Below, in pieces: positions 1 to 10,735 of a stretch of DNA of 64,000 nt. Source of the stretch: Dehalococcoidia bacterium (GTDB lineage: Bacteria; Chloroflexota; Dehalococcoidia; Plut-88900); contig CBDBLV010000003.1 of NCBI GenBank assembly GCA_965207225.1, forward strand, positions 96,001 to 160,000. The letters are read 5' to 3'. Every line of letters starts with the position of its first letter. The first letter of the stretch is position 1. The notes under the pieces were generated by a model, which was given only the letters and a program-made list of their open reading frames with translations, ran no database searches and was not told where the DNA came from. Both the position numbers and the translations under genes were made by a program.

Positions 1-1
1 C

Positions 2-103
2 CACCTGCGGTGGCGGAAGGAGGCGCTGGCAGCGGCCTTGGCGAAAGCAAGGCGGCTGCGCTGGCTGAGGCGAGCACTCACCCTGGGTCTGCGATGGGGG
101 TAG
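2..103 (+). CDS. Possible 3' end of a gene entering from the left (..HLRWRKEALAAALAKARRLRWLRRALTLGLRWG*)
   Basis: Open frame from the window edge to TAG at 101-103; too short to assign. Confidence 0.3.
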   Translation, partial: HLRWRKEALAAALAKARRLRWLRRALTLGLRWG

Positions 104-308
104 CCGACTGAAGTAGCTCAAGGCGCCCTTCGCCGTCGGCCAGCAGATCGGACAGTCCGCGGTGGACTCGGCTCTTTCCAAGCGACGGCCTGGACGGAGG
201 TGGTAGAATGCAACCCGTAGAAGAACGCTCTGTTGGAGGAGCCTCGGAGTGGATGCGCCGGTGTCGGTTGGAGATGGCGCAGGCTCCGGGTCGATTGTCG
301 GGTGAGAT

Positions 309-1067
309 ATGACGACGCCAGACACATTCACCAAAACCGCAGAAGTGCAAGGCGGCTTCCGGCTGCCCGACCCCCCGCAGCGGGAACCGGATGAGATGAC
401 GCAGTACGACCAGCTCTTCAAGTACGGCTACTCCCACGCCTTGGCAGTGCATCTGGGCAACCCGGAGACCTCCCTGGTGGAGGCGGACCGCTGGATAGTC
501 GCCAGGCCGGAGTTCAACAAGGCACGCGCCCGGCGCCCCGACCTCTTGGTGGCCTTTGGTGTTGATCCCGAGGTGTATCGCCGGAGCAACGGGTACATCG
601 TCTCGGAGCAGGGGAAGCCGCCGGACTTCGTGCTTGAGGTGGCGTCGGAGAGCACCGGAGCAATGGACGTGGGGGCCAAACGGGTGGACTATGCCCGTCT
701 GGGCATACCTGAGTACTGGCGCTTCGACGAGACGGGAGAGTATCACGGGGCGAGGTTGGCCGGAGACCGGCTGGTGGAGGGTCGGTACGAACCCATACCG
801 ATAGAGACCGTGTCCGATGGAGTCCTTCAGGGATACAGTCCTGCGCTGAACCTGTACCTGAGGTGGGAGGATGGAGCCCTGGTGTTCTATGATCCTGCCA
901 CGGGACGTCCCATCGCCAGCCTGGAAGACGAGCGGCAGGCGCGAGCGGCGGCGGAAGCCCTTGCGGAGGCGCAGCAAGTTCGCGCCGACACAGAGCAAGC
1001 CCGTGCCGACAGTGCCGAAGCTCGAGTCCGGGAGTTGGAGGAGCGGCTCCGTAGCCAGGGAGCGTAG
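309..1067 (+). CDS. Uma2/DUF820-family PD-(D/E)xK endonuclease-like protein with C-terminal coiled coil
   Basis: Motifs RPDLLVAF, PPDFVLEVASEST, KRVDYARLGIPEYWRFD; tail ARADSAEARVRELEERL. Confidence 0.88.
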   Translation: MTTPDTFTKTAEVQGGFRLPDPPQREPDEMTQYDQLFKYGYSHALAVHLGNPETSLVEADRWIVARPEFNKARARRPDLLVAFGVDPEVYRRSNGYIVSEQGKPPDFVLEVASESTGAMDVGAKRVDYARLGIPEYWRFDETGEYHGARLAGDRLVEGRYEPIPIETVSDGVLQGYSPALNLYLRWEDGALVFYDPATGRPIASLEDERQARAAAEALAEAQQVRADTEQARADSAEARVRELEERLRSQGA

Positions 1068-1241
1068 CCTCACTGCCGGATCAGTAGGGCAAGGAGCAAC
1101 AACACCGACCTTAAGGTTATCGAATTGAGTAGATTGGCAGTCCAACTCACCCAAATTGCGGTCGCATCGGCTGCCTTTTCTTGGGTCTTGCCCAAGACCT
1201 TGGGGCGTAACCCTCGCCGCAGGCCTTTGAAAGCCTTGGAG

Positions 1242-1265
1242 CCCCCCCTCCCCCCCCCCCCCCCC
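1242..1265 (+). repeat. C7-T-C16 homopolymer tract upstream of the giant surface protein
   Basis: Directly visible; ends 40 nt before the ATG at 1306; TATTCT -10-like box at 1276-1281. Confidence 0.8.
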
Positions 1266-1305
1266 GCCCAATAGCTATTCTGTTTCCGGCCTGCGCGATG
1301 ATGAC

Positions 1306-4300
1306 ATGATGAGCCGCGCCGCCGGGTTCCGACGCCTGCTCACGTTCCGTACCTTGCTGGCCGTGGCCGCGGTGCTGGCGCTGCTCCTGACCCTGCTCCA
1401 TGCGCAGCAGGCGCAGGCCCAGTCCGGCGGCCTGACGCTCGCCGTGACCGAGCGCAGCGAAAGCAGCCTGACGGTGCAGTGGAGCCAGCTTGAAGACGTG
1501 GTTACCTATACCGTCATCCTCCTCGGGGGTGACGAGTTTTTGGTGCACACCGCCTCACCCGGAGAGGACACCTACGTCTTCACTGGCTTGCAGGCTGACT
1601 TCCAGTACGAGCTGAGCGTCAGCGCCTTCCGCAGCGACGCCAGCAGCGCCGGCGAGGTTCAGATCAGGGCGCGCACACTGCCGCCCATCAAGCCAGAGCC
1701 GACGCCGGTGGTGGAGCCCGAGATCGTCCCCCAAGTAAGCGTGACGGCTGGCCCTGAGGTAACCGAGGGCAGCGACGCCGTATTCACGATAACGGCAGAC
1801 CCGGCGCCTGCCGGTGACATCACTGTGGAGCTGACTATCACTGCCGGCGGCGACGTGATCGGCGACGGAGAGACCGGCCAACGGACCGTGACTGTTCCGG
1901 CCAGCGGATCAGCGACCTACGCCGTGTCCACCGTCGACGATGGCGTGGTCGAATCCCCCGGAACCGTTACGGCGACGCTCGTCTCCGCCGGCGGCGGCTA
2001 CGCCGTCGCGGATACGCCCGGAAACGCGGCGACTGTGACGGTGACCAGCGAAGACTGGCTCCTCCGCACTCCCACGATCAAATTGGTCCAGCCCAGTAGC
2101 ATTACTTCTGAATATGGGCCAACCCTCTTCGGGATGTACGTCCGCCCGGTGTCGACCAAGCCCTTGCTGATCAACGTGAAATTGTCGCAGCAGAACGACT
2201 TCTACGATCCCGCGGATCTGGGGCTGAAGCAGTGGCTGATTCCGGCCGGAGAAGACTACGTGGTGCACGAGATCACTCCGATTGACGACAGCGTGGCCGA
2301 ACCTGACGGCAGCATCACCCTGGAACTGCTGCCGGGAACGGGATACAAGCTGGGGCCGTACAAGTCCGCCACGAAAAGGATCCGAGACGAAGACCTGACC
2401 GAGGAGGAGCGGAAGAATTACACGCCGGAAATCCGGGTCACCGGGACATGGGTCAGCGGGAGACCTCATCAAGAAGGCAGCGATCACCGGTTCAAGTTCG
2501 CGTCGAAAAAATCCCTGTCCAGTCCGCTCCCCATCACCGTGGAGATCAGCCAGATTGGCGATTTCGTGGCGCCGGAACACCTGGGCAAGTACCAGCTGAC
2601 CATTCCCGCCGCTCCTTCCAACGCCTACTTGACTATCCCCACGGTGGACGACCAGGTGGACGAGCCGAACGGCCGAGTGGTGGCGCGGGTTCTGCCCGGC
2701 GACGGCTACGTGGCAGCCCGGTGGCAGGAAAAGGAACACGGGTGGCATGACTACGGCAGCCAGTGGATCCAGGACAATGACGAGGTGGAATTCACCCTCG
2801 CCGCCGGTCCAGACATCAGCGAAGGCGGCGAGGCGGAGTTCACCATCAGCGCCTCGGAGGCGTCGCCAGCCCGGACGGAAACCATCAAGGCCCTCGTCAG
2901 CCAGGGCGGCGACTTCGTGGACGCGCCGGGCGACCTGGGCCTGCGTACCCTCACCATCACCACCGGGCAGTCCGTCACGCTGCGCGTTGCCACCGACGAC
3001 GACGGGACCGATGAAGCCGACGGCTGGGTGAGCCTGTCCATTGAAGGCGCTGCGGCGCAGGTCGCAGTCTCCGACGACGATGGCGGGCAGGTCGCGCAGG
3101 CCGGAGATTGCGTAGCCGATGTCTCCACCAACTGCACGGCCCGCGTTGATGGCAAGGTGGGCGGCGTACTGGATTCCAACCGCGACCAGGACTGGCACGG
3201 CGTCAACCTGACCGCAGGCCGGACCTACTGGATGAAGGCGTGGGGTTTTGAGGCGGGGGTGTACTGCGTATACGACGCCCAGGGCAATTGCGCGCAAGAG
3301 GGCTACTTGGGCCAGGACGTCGTCTTCACGCCGGAGCAAAGCGGAACCTGGTTCATCGGGGTCCGGCCGTCGGGGATGACGGGGGCATGGCCCCCGACTC
3401 CGCCTCAGCACCTCTCACCTGAGTTAGTGGCACTGGAACTGCAAACGAAACCGCTGCCCGAATACGAGAGGGCCTACGTGCTGGAAGTGACCACCGTTAC
3501 CGACGATTACCCCGCCGACGCGACCACCACCGGTCAATTGAGCGCCGACGGCAGCGCGGCCACCGGCCGCAATGAAACCCGCGTGGACGTGGACTGGTTC
3601 CGGGTCATCCTGAGCGCCGGTGCGCAGTATCTTATCTACGCCGATTCGACGCTGACCAAGTCTGGACTGCTGCACCCGCTCCACGCCAGGGTCGAAGGGG
3701 TGTACGACTCCGGCGGCAACCTCGTCGCCAGCGGCGTGGAGTCCCCAATGTTGGCGGCGACTCCGGACGCTCGCATAACTCCGGACGCCGACGGCACTTA
3801 CTACGTCGCCGTCACGGGCAACCGGTACAACTACCGCCTTGACAAAGGTCACCAGCCCCCCCACCCCGATTCCACCAGGTATTCAACCTGCCTGCTGACT
3901 GCTTTCAACTGTTATGACAGTCACTGGAGATTAAGTCTGGGCAACGGGGTTGAATCCTCGGATTGGCACAATGGCGGCGTCCCATACCAACTGTCCGTCG
4001 TCACTGCGGTGGACGACTACGCAGACCACCGGGACACGACCGCCAACGTTGCTGTCGGCGGATCGTTGACCGGGGTCATAGACTACCCGGGCGACGTGGA
4101 CTGGGTCGCGGTCACGCTCCCGCCTGGCAGCCTGTATGAATTCAAGGTTGAGGGTGTTGCCGCCAACGGCAAAGCGACTTTGCCGGATCCCCATTTCACG
4201 GATTTGCTTTACGCGGCGGGTGGGGAGTTCGGTGGCGTCGTGCGCTTCCGTGGTATGCGCAGCGCGGTATGGCGTTGGTCGCAGCATGACGTCGGGAAAC

Positions 4301-7300
4301 CGGTGGATGTCGTAAACACGGACGATATGGGCTGGCACCGGCCCCCTGCGAGCCGCCTGTTCTTCCCCGGTTATGAGAACATCTATTTCATCGGCGTGAC
4401 CTCGGCGGAAAATCGCGAAGGTGTTCTGGATACCGGCGCCTACCGGGTCAGCGTATCCATCGTCCCGCAGGACCCGGAGGGAGACGACAGCTCCACGACC
4501 AGCGCTCTGACCGTTGATGGCGGAGCCGTCGAAGCGCATATCGATTCCGGCGGGGACGTGGATTGGTTCGCCGTCCAGCTCGAGGCCGGCCGCAACTATC
4601 TGCTCGGGGTATCCGTGCAGTGCCCGTACACGAGCTCGTACAGGTGCGCTTATTGGGACAGCGGCTGGGCCGTCCAGGTAAAGCTTGCTGACGCCAACGG
4701 CAAGGAAGTAGGGGTGGGATCGGGATTCAGAGATGCCCATGAAGCCGTTCAAATTGAGGCCTCGGGCACGTACTATCTCGTGGTCAGGACAGGCTTTAAT
4801 TTCCACTGGTCCGGCCAGAAGCTCAAGTACAACGCGTGGGCCAGCCTGCTCCCGGATGATGAGGCGACCGACGACATCCATACCGCCGCCGTGTTGCCGC
4901 CGGCCGTAAAGCAGTCCAAGCAGGGCGAAATCCAGTACCCGGACGACGTTGACTGGTACCGGGTCACGGTGCAGGCCGGCCGGTCCCACACCTTCACGGC
5001 GGTCTATAATCCCGCCCACAGCGTTGCCTACTACGGAGCCCGGATTAGCCCCAGCCACCGGATTGACGGACTGTTTGACTCGACTGGGGCGCCGGTCTAT
5101 GACAACGTCTACTTCTACGATGAGCGGGGGATCAAGCAAGCTTACGCGCACACAAAACGGAGCGGCAGAAGCTGGAGGGAGCTCGTTTTCGAGCCGGATG
5201 CGGACGGCGTCTATTACGTGGCGGTCTCTGGAAGCCTCGGCCCGTACCAGGTGAGACATCGGTCCGCGGTTGCCGCCGCCGTCCCGGTCCTGTCCATCAC
5301 GGCCGACGCAGCGTCGGTCGCCGAGGGCGGCAGCGCGGAGTTCACCCTGACGGCCAACCCTGCCCCCACGTTGGACCTGGCGGTGAGCGTCACGGTGTCG
5401 GCCAGCGGCGACTACGGGGCAACCACGGGGAAGCGGACGGTGACCGTCAGCACGGGCGGGAAGGCCACGCTGACCGTCGCTACCACCGGGGACGACGCCG
5501 ACGAACCCGACGGTTCGGTGACGGCCACGCTGGATACTCCGGCCACCGACGCCGGCTACAAGGTGTCAGCGGCCCAAGGCGCAGCCACGGTCACCGTCTC
5601 CGACGACGACGGACCCGCCCTGCCGGTCATCAGCGTCACCTCCGACGGCGACGTGACCGAGGGCACAGACGCCAGCTTCACAGTGACGGCGAGCCCGGCC
5701 CCCACGTTGGACCTTGCCGTGAGCGTCACGGTGTCGGCCAGCGGCGACTACGGGGCAACCACGGGGAAGCGGACGGTGACCGTCAGCACGGGCGGGAAGG
5801 CCACGCTGACCGTCGCCACCACCGGGGACGACGCCGACGAACCCGACGGTTCGGTGACGGCCACGCTGGATACTCCGGCCACCGACGCCGGCTACAAGGT
5901 GTCAGCGGCCCAGGGCGCAGCCACGGTCACCGTCTCCGACGACGACGGACCCGCCCTGCCGGTGATCAGCGTGACCTCCGACGGCGACGTGACCGAGGGG
6001 GCCGACGCGAGCTTCACGGTGACGGCCAACCCGGCCCCGGACGCGGACCTGGACGTGAGCGTCACGGTCAGCGCCACCGGCGACTACGGGGCGGCCACGG
6101 GGCAGCGGACGGTGACCATCCCGACGGCGGGCTACGCCGCGCTGGCGGTGGCCACCACCGGCGACGACGTTGACGAGACCAACGGCTCGGTGACGGTGAC
6201 GGTGGACCCCGACGCGGACCACGACGACTACCTGGTGTCCACGACCCAGGGGTCGGCCACGGTGGCCGTGGCGGACGACGACGACCCTGCGGGGGCGGAC
6301 TACACCGACTACCAGACGGTGGTCGATATCCTCCTAGAGGTGCGGGACAACCCGCCGAACCCGGCCATGCGCAACAACCCGGCCCACGTGAAGAAGTGGA
6401 ACCGGGTGCTGGCGGCCGTCGGCTACGACAGCGGGGAGTCGGCCATGCCGGCCTCCGAGGTCCACGACAACGCGGCCCAGTGGCCGGACAGCCCCTTCCA
6501 CGCGGCGTCGGTGTACCTGACGAGCCTGGAGCAGCCGCGGGGCCAGGGGCAGCAGCAGACGCCGGAGATCAGCATTGCCGGCGGCACTGGCATCACCGAG
6601 GGCGGCGACGCCGTCTTCACGGTGACGGCCAGCCCGGCCCCAGCGGCGAACCTGGACGTGAGCGTCACGGTGTCCCAGAGCGGCGACTACGGCGCGACCA
6701 CGGGCCAGCGGACGGTGACGGTTTCCACCAGCGGCATCGTCAGCTTCGCCGTGGGCACCACGGATGACAGCGCGGATGAAACCGACGGGTCGGTGACGGC
6801 CACGGTGAATACGGGCGCCGGTTACACGGTGTCGGCGACCCAGGGCGCGGCCACGGTGGCGGTGTCGGACAACGACGACGCCCCCACGCCGGAGGTGAGC
6901 GTCACCGCTGGCAATGGGGTCACCGAGGGCGGCGACGCCGTCTTCACGGTGACGGCCAGCCCGGCGCCGGCGGCGAACCTGGACGTGAGCGTGACGGTGT
7001 CCCAGAGCGGAGACTACGGCGCGACGACGGGCCAGCGCACGGTGACCATACCCACGTCGGGCAGCGTCACCGTAACCATCACAACCACCGACGATACTAC
7101 CGACGAGACCGACGGGTCGGTGACGGCCACGGTGAACGCGGGCAGCGGCTACACGGTGTCCTCGACCCAGGGCGCGGCCACGGTGGCGGTGTCGGACGAC
7201 GACCCTCAGGGGCCGGACCACACCGACTACCAGACGGTGGTGGACATCCTCCTGGAGGTGCGGGACAACCCGCCGAACCCGGCCATGCGCAACAACCCGG

Positions 7301-10300
7301 CCCACGTGAAGAAGTGGAACCGGGTGCTGGCCGCCGTCGGCTACGACAGCGGGGAGTCGGCCATGCCGGCCTCCGAGGTCCACGACAACGCGGCCCGGTG
7401 GCCGGACAGCCCCTTCAAGGCGGCCTCCGACTACCTGAGGAGCCAGGAGAACCAGGGCCAGCAGCAGACGCCGGAGATCAGCATTGCCGGCGGCGCTGGC
7501 ATCACCGAGGGCGGCGACGCCGTCTTCACGGTGACGGCCAGCCCGGCGCCTTCGTCCAACCTGGACGTGAGCGTCACGGTGTCGCAGAGCGGCGACTACG
7601 GCGCGACCACCGGCCAGCGCACGGTGACCATACCCACGTCGGGCAGCGTCACCCTGACCGTTGGCACCACGGACGATACTACTGACGAGACCGACGGGTC
7701 GGTGACCGCAACCGTCAACGCGGGCAGCGGCTACACCGTGTCGTCGTCCCAGGGCGCGGCCACGGTGGCCGTCTCGGACAACGACGACGCCCCCACGCCG
7801 GTGGTGAGCGTCAGCGCTGGCTCCGGCGTCACCGAGGGCGGCGACGCCGTCTTCACGGTGACGGCGAGCCCGGCCCCGGCGTCCAACCTGGACGTGAGCG
7901 TGACGGTGTCCCAGAGCGGCGACTACGGCGCGACGACGGGCCAGCGCACGGTGACCATACCCACGTCGGGCAGCGTCACCCTGACGGTCGGCACCACCGA
8001 CGATACTACTGACGAGACCGACGGGTCGGTGACGGCGACGGTGAATACGGGCAGCGACTACACGGTGTCCTCGTCCCAGGGCGCGGCCACGGTGGCGGTG
8101 TCGGACAACGACGACGCCCCCACGCCGGTGGTGAGCGTCAGCGCTGGCTCCGGCGTCACCGAGGGCGGCTCCGCCGTCTTCACGGTGACGGCCAGTCCGG
8201 CCCCGGCGGCCAACCTGGACGTGAGCGTCACGGTGTCCCAGAGCGGGGACTACGGCGCGACCACGGGCCAGCGGACGGTGACCATACCCACCTCGGGCAG
8301 CGTCACCGTAACCATCACAACCACCGACGATACTACTGACGAGGCCGACGGGTCGGTCACCGCAACCGTCAACGCGGGCAGCGACTACACCGTGTCGTCA
8401 ACCCAGGGCGCGGCCACGGTGGCGGTGTCGGACAACGACGACGCCTCCACGCCGGTGGTGAGCGTCACCGGCGCCGCCGGCGGCACCGAGGGCGAGTCGG
8501 TCACCTTCACGGTGACGGCCAGCCCGGCGCCGGCGGCGGACCTGGCGGTGAGCCTCACGGTCTCCCAGAGCGGCGACTACGGCGCGGCCACGGGCCAGCG
8601 CACGGTGACCGTCCCCACCACGGGCAGCGTCACCTTCACCGTCGGCACCACGGACGACAGTACTGACGAGACCGACGGGTCGGTCACCGCAACGGTGAAC
8701 GCGGGCAGCGGCTACACCGTGTCCTCGTCCCAGGGCGCGGCCACGGTCGGCGTCGCAGACAACGACGACCCGGTCGTTGAGGAGCAGACGGGCTACACGG
8801 TGGACCCGGACGTGATCGCGAAGGTCAGGGAGCTGGCGTCGCAGACGCAGCACGGCACGGCCCACGTGAACCGCTGGAACCGGGTGCTCGTCGCCTTCGG
8901 CGAGCACGACGGCACCGGCGTCACGGGCGGCCCGATGACGGCGGCCGAGGCCCAGGACATGGCGGACAAACACAGCAGCCCCGTGTGGGACGAGGTGGTG
9001 ACCGAGCTGACGGCGCTGGAGGCGGCGTCAGCGCAGACGCCACCGCCGCCCACGCCTGAGGTGAGCGTCACCGCTGGAAGCGGGATAACCGAGGGCGGCG
9101 ACGCCGTCTTCACGGTGACGGCCAGCCCGGCGCCTTCGTCCAATCTGGACGTGAGCGTCACGGTCTCGCAGAGCGGCGACTACGGCGCGACCACGGGCCA
9201 GCGGACGGTGACGATACCCACCACGGGCAGCGTCACCCTCACCGTGGGCACCACGGACGATACTACTGACGAGACCGACGGGTCGGTCACGGCCACGGTG
9301 AACGCGGGCAGCGGCTACACGGTGTCCTCGTCCCAGGGCGCGGCCACGGTGGCGGTGTCCGACAACGACGACGCCCCCACGCCGGTGGTGAGCGTCACCG
9401 CTGGCAGCGGGGTGACCGAGGGCGGGGACGCCGTCTTCACGGTGACGGCCAGCCCGGCGCCGGCGTCCAACCTGGACGTGAGCGTGACGGTCTCCCAGAG
9501 CGGCGACTACGGCGCGACCACGGGCCAGCGCACGGTGACCGTCCCCACCACGGGCAGCGTCACCCTCACAGTCGGCACCACCGACGACAGCGCCGACGAG
9601 ACCGACGGGTCGGTGACGGCCACGGTGAACGCGGGCAGCGGCTACACCGTGTCCTCGACCCAGGGCGCGGCCACGGTCGGCGTGGCCGACAACGACGACG
9701 CCCCCACGCCGGTGGTGAGCGTCACTGCTGGCAGCGGGGTGACCGAGGGTGGGGACGTCGTCTTCACGGTGACGGCCAGCCCGGCCCCGGCGTCCAACCT
9801 GGCGGTGAGCGTCACGGTATCGCAGAGCGGCGACTACGGCGCGACCACAGGCCGGCGCACGGTGACCGTCCCGACTTCGGGCAGCGTCACCCTCACCGTT
9901 GGCACCACCGACGATACTACTGACGAGACCGACGGCTCGGTCATCGCGACGGTGAACGCGGGCAGCGGCTACACGGTGTCCTCGTCCCAGGGCGCGGCCA
10001 CGGTCGGCGTGTCCGACAACGACGACGCCCCCACGCCGGTGGTGAGCGTCACCGCTGGCAGCGGGGTGACCGAGGGCGGGGACGCCGTCTTCACGGTGAC
10101 GGCCATCCCGGCCCCGGCGGCCAACCTGGCGGTGAGCGTCACGGTCTCCCAGAGCGGCGACTACGGCGCGACCACGGGCCACCGCACGGTGACGATACCC
10201 ACCACGGGCAGCGTCACCCTCACCGTGGGCACCACCGACGATACTACTGACGAGACCGACGGGTCGGTGACGGCCACGGTGAACGCGGGCAGCGGCTACA

Positions 10301-10707
10301 CGGTGTCCTCGACCCAGGGCGCGGCCACGGTCGGCGTGGCCGACAACGACGACGCCGCGCCGGAGGTGGAGATTACCGTCACCGTCGAGGCCGCGTCGGC
10401 GGTGGAGGGCGACGTGCTGGAGTTCCGGGTGCGGCTGTCCGAGGCGTCCACCGAGGAGATCAGGATCAGATGGAACACCGCGCCTGCGTACCACCTGCTG
10501 GACGACCGGGCGCACATGACCGACTATCAGTACACGGAGGGTGAGCTGGTGTTCGCGCCGGGGGTGACGGAGCTGACGGCGGAGGTGTGGCTGGAGTACG
10601 ACGACGATGAGGAGCCGGACGAGTACTTCGTGGTGGAGGCGTACCTGCCCGGGACCCTCTACCCGCCCGACGCCGTGGGAACCATGACGATCATAGACGA
10701 CGACTAG
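1306..10707 (+). CDS. Giant secreted repeat protein/adhesin (3133 aa): signal peptide, FN3, about 18 Calx-beta-like domains, 5 PPC-like domains, 3 helical inserts
   Basis: Signal peptide ending AQAQ; FN3-like SLTVQWS..YTV..FTGLQADFQYELSVSA; repeated TEGGDAVFTVTA..TDDxxDExDGSVTATV..VSDND; repeated DxDWFxVxLxAGxxY; canonical Calx-beta at the C-terminus. Confidence 0.9.
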   Translation: MMSRAAGFRRLLTFRTLLAVAAVLALLLTLLHAQQAQAQSGGLTLAVTERSESSLTVQWSQLEDVVTYTVILLGGDEFLVHTASPGEDTYVFTGLQADFQYELSVSAFRSDASSAGEVQIRARTLPPIKPEPTPVVEPEIVPQVSVTAGPEVTEGSDAVFTITADPAPAGDITVELTITAGGDVIGDGETGQRTVTVPASGSATYAVSTVDDGVVESPGTVTATLVSAGGGYAVADTPGNAATVTVTSEDWLLRTPTIKLVQPSSITSEYGPTLFGMYVRPVSTKPLLINVKLSQQNDFYDPADLGLKQWLIPAGEDYVVHEITPIDDSVAEPDGSITLELLPGTGYKLGPYKSATKRIRDEDLTEEERKNYTPEIRVTGTWVSGRPHQEGSDHRFKFASKKSLSSPLPITVEISQIGDFVAPEHLGKYQLTIPAAPSNAYLTIPTVDDQVDEPNGRVVARVLPGDGYVAARWQEKEHGWHDYGSQWIQDNDEVEFTLAAGPDISEGGEAEFTISASEASPARTETIKALVSQGGDFVDAPGDLGLRTLTITTGQSVTLRVATDDDGTDEADGWVSLSIEGAAAQVAVSDDDGGQVAQAGDCVADVSTNCTARVDGKVGGVLDSNRDQDWHGVNLTAGRTYWMKAWGFEAGVYCVYDAQGNCAQEGYLGQDVVFTPEQSGTWFIGVRPSGMTGAWPPTPPQHLSPELVALELQTKPLPEYERAYVLEVTTVTDDYPADATTTGQLSADGSAATGRNETRVDVDWFRVILSAGAQYLIYADSTLTKSGLLHPLHARVEGVYDSGGNLVASGVESPMLAATPDARITPDADGTYYVAVTGNRYNYRLDKGHQPPHPDSTRYSTCLLTAFNCYDSHWRLSLGNGVESSDWHNGGVPYQLSVVTAVDDYADHRDTTANVAVGGSLTGVIDYPGDVDWVAVTLPPGSLYEFKVEGVAANGKATLPDPHFTDLLYAAGGEFGGVVRFRGMRSAVWRWSQHDVGKPVDVVNTDDMGWHRPPASRLFFPGYENIYFIGVTSAENREGVLDTGAYRVSVSIVPQDPEGDDSSTTSALTVDGGAVEAHIDSGGDVDWFAVQLEAGRNYLLGVSVQCPYTSSYRCAYWDSGWAVQVKLADANGKEVGVGSGFRDAHEAVQIEASGTYYLVVRTGFNFHWSGQKLKYNAWASLLPDDEATDDIHTAAVLPPAVKQSKQGEIQYPDDVDWYRVTVQAGRSHTFTAVYNPAHSVAYYGARISPSHRIDGLFDSTGAPVYDNVYFYDERGIKQAYAHTKRSGRSWRELVFEPDADGVYYVAVSGSLGPYQVRHRSAVAAAVPVLSITADAASVAEGGSAEFTLTANPAPTLDLAVSVTVSASGDYGATTGKRTVTVSTGGKATLTVATTGDDADEPDGSVTATLDTPATDAGYKVSAAQGAATVTVSDDDGPALPVISVTSDGDVTEGTDASFTVTASPAPTLDLAVSVTVSASGDYGATTGKRTVTVSTGGKATLTVATTGDDADEPDGSVTATLDTPATDAGYKVSAAQGAATVTVSDDDGPALPVISVTSDGDVTEGADASFTVTANPAPDADLDVSVTVSATGDYGAATGQRTVTIPTAGYAALAVATTGDDVDETNGSVTVTVDPDADHDDYLVSTTQGSATVAVADDDDPAGADYTDYQTVVDILLEVRDNPPNPAMRNNPAHVKKWNRVLAAVGYDSGESAMPASEVHDNAAQWPDSPFHAASVYLTSLEQPRGQGQQQTPEISIAGGTGITEGGDAVFTVTASPAPAANLDVSVTVSQSGDYGATTGQRTVTVSTSGIVSFAVGTTDDSADETDGSVTATVNTGAGYTVSATQGAATVAVSDNDDAPTPEVSVTAGNGVTEGGDAVFTVTASPAPAANLDVSVTVSQSGDYGATTGQRTVTIPTSGSVTVTITTTDDTTDETDGSVTATVNAGSGYTVSSTQGAATVAVSDDDPQGPDHTDYQTVVDILLEVRDNPPNPAMRNNPAHVKKWNRVLAAVGYDSGESAMPASEVHDNAARWPDSPFKAASDYLRSQENQGQQQTPEISIAGGAGITEGGDAVFTVTASPAPSSNLDVSVTVSQSGDYGATTGQRTVTIPTSGSVTLTVGTTDDTTDETDGSVTATVNAGSGYTVSSSQGAATVAVSDNDDAPTPVVSVSAGSGVTEGGDAVFTVTASPAPASNLDVSVTVSQSGDYGATTGQRTVTIPTSGSVTLTVGTTDDTTDETDGSVTATVNTGSDYTVSSSQGAATVAVSDNDDAPTPVVSVSAGSGVTEGGSAVFTVTASPAPAANLDVSVTVSQSGDYGATTGQRTVTIPTSGSVTVTITTTDDTTDEADGSVTATVNAGSDYTVSSTQGAATVAVSDNDDASTPVVSVTGAAGGTEGESVTFTVTASPAPAADLAVSLTVSQSGDYGAATGQRTVTVPTTGSVTFTVGTTDDSTDETDGSVTATVNAGSGYTVSSSQGAATVGVADNDDPVVEEQTGYTVDPDVIAKVRELASQTQHGTAHVNRWNRVLVAFGEHDGTGVTGGPMTAAEAQDMADKHSSPVWDEVVTELTALEAASAQTPPPPTPEVSVTAGSGITEGGDAVFTVTASPAPSSNLDVSVTVSQSGDYGATTGQRTVTIPTTGSVTLTVGTTDDTTDETDGSVTATVNAGSGYTVSSSQGAATVAVSDNDDAPTPVVSVTAGSGVTEGGDAVFTVTASPAPASNLDVSVTVSQSGDYGATTGQRTVTVPTTGSVTLTVGTTDDSADETDGSVTATVNAGSGYTVSSTQGAATVGVADNDDAPTPVVSVTAGSGVTEGGDVVFTVTASPAPASNLAVSVTVSQSGDYGATTGRRTVTVPTSGSVTLTVGTTDDTTDETDGSVIATVNAGSGYTVSSSQGAATVGVSDNDDAPTPVVSVTAGSGVTEGGDAVFTVTAIPAPAANLAVSVTVSQSGDYGATTGHRTVTIPTTGSVTLTVGTTDDTTDETDGSVTATVNAGSGYTVSSTQGAATVGVADNDDAAPEVEITVTVEAASAVEGDVLEFRVRLSEASTEEIRIRWNTAPAYHLLDDRAHMTDYQYTEGELVFAPGVTELTAEVWLEYDDDEEPDEYFVVEAYLPGTLYPPDAVGTMTIIDDD
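5281..10350 (+). repeat. Intragenic tandem repeats of about 327-339 bp encoding Calx-beta-like units
   Basis: gtggtgagcgtcagcgctggctccggcgtc recurs at 7801 and 8128 (327 bp = 109 aa); 13 highly similar units. Confidence 0.9.
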
Positions 10708-10735
10708 TCCGGCCCGGCCGGACCGGCAAGAGGAT

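Noticed and set aside
5281-10350. Regular repeats as a CRISPR array or DGR template
   Set aside because: They are in-frame protein domain repeats with no unique spacers; no cas or reverse transcriptase genes and no adenine-specific variation noticed
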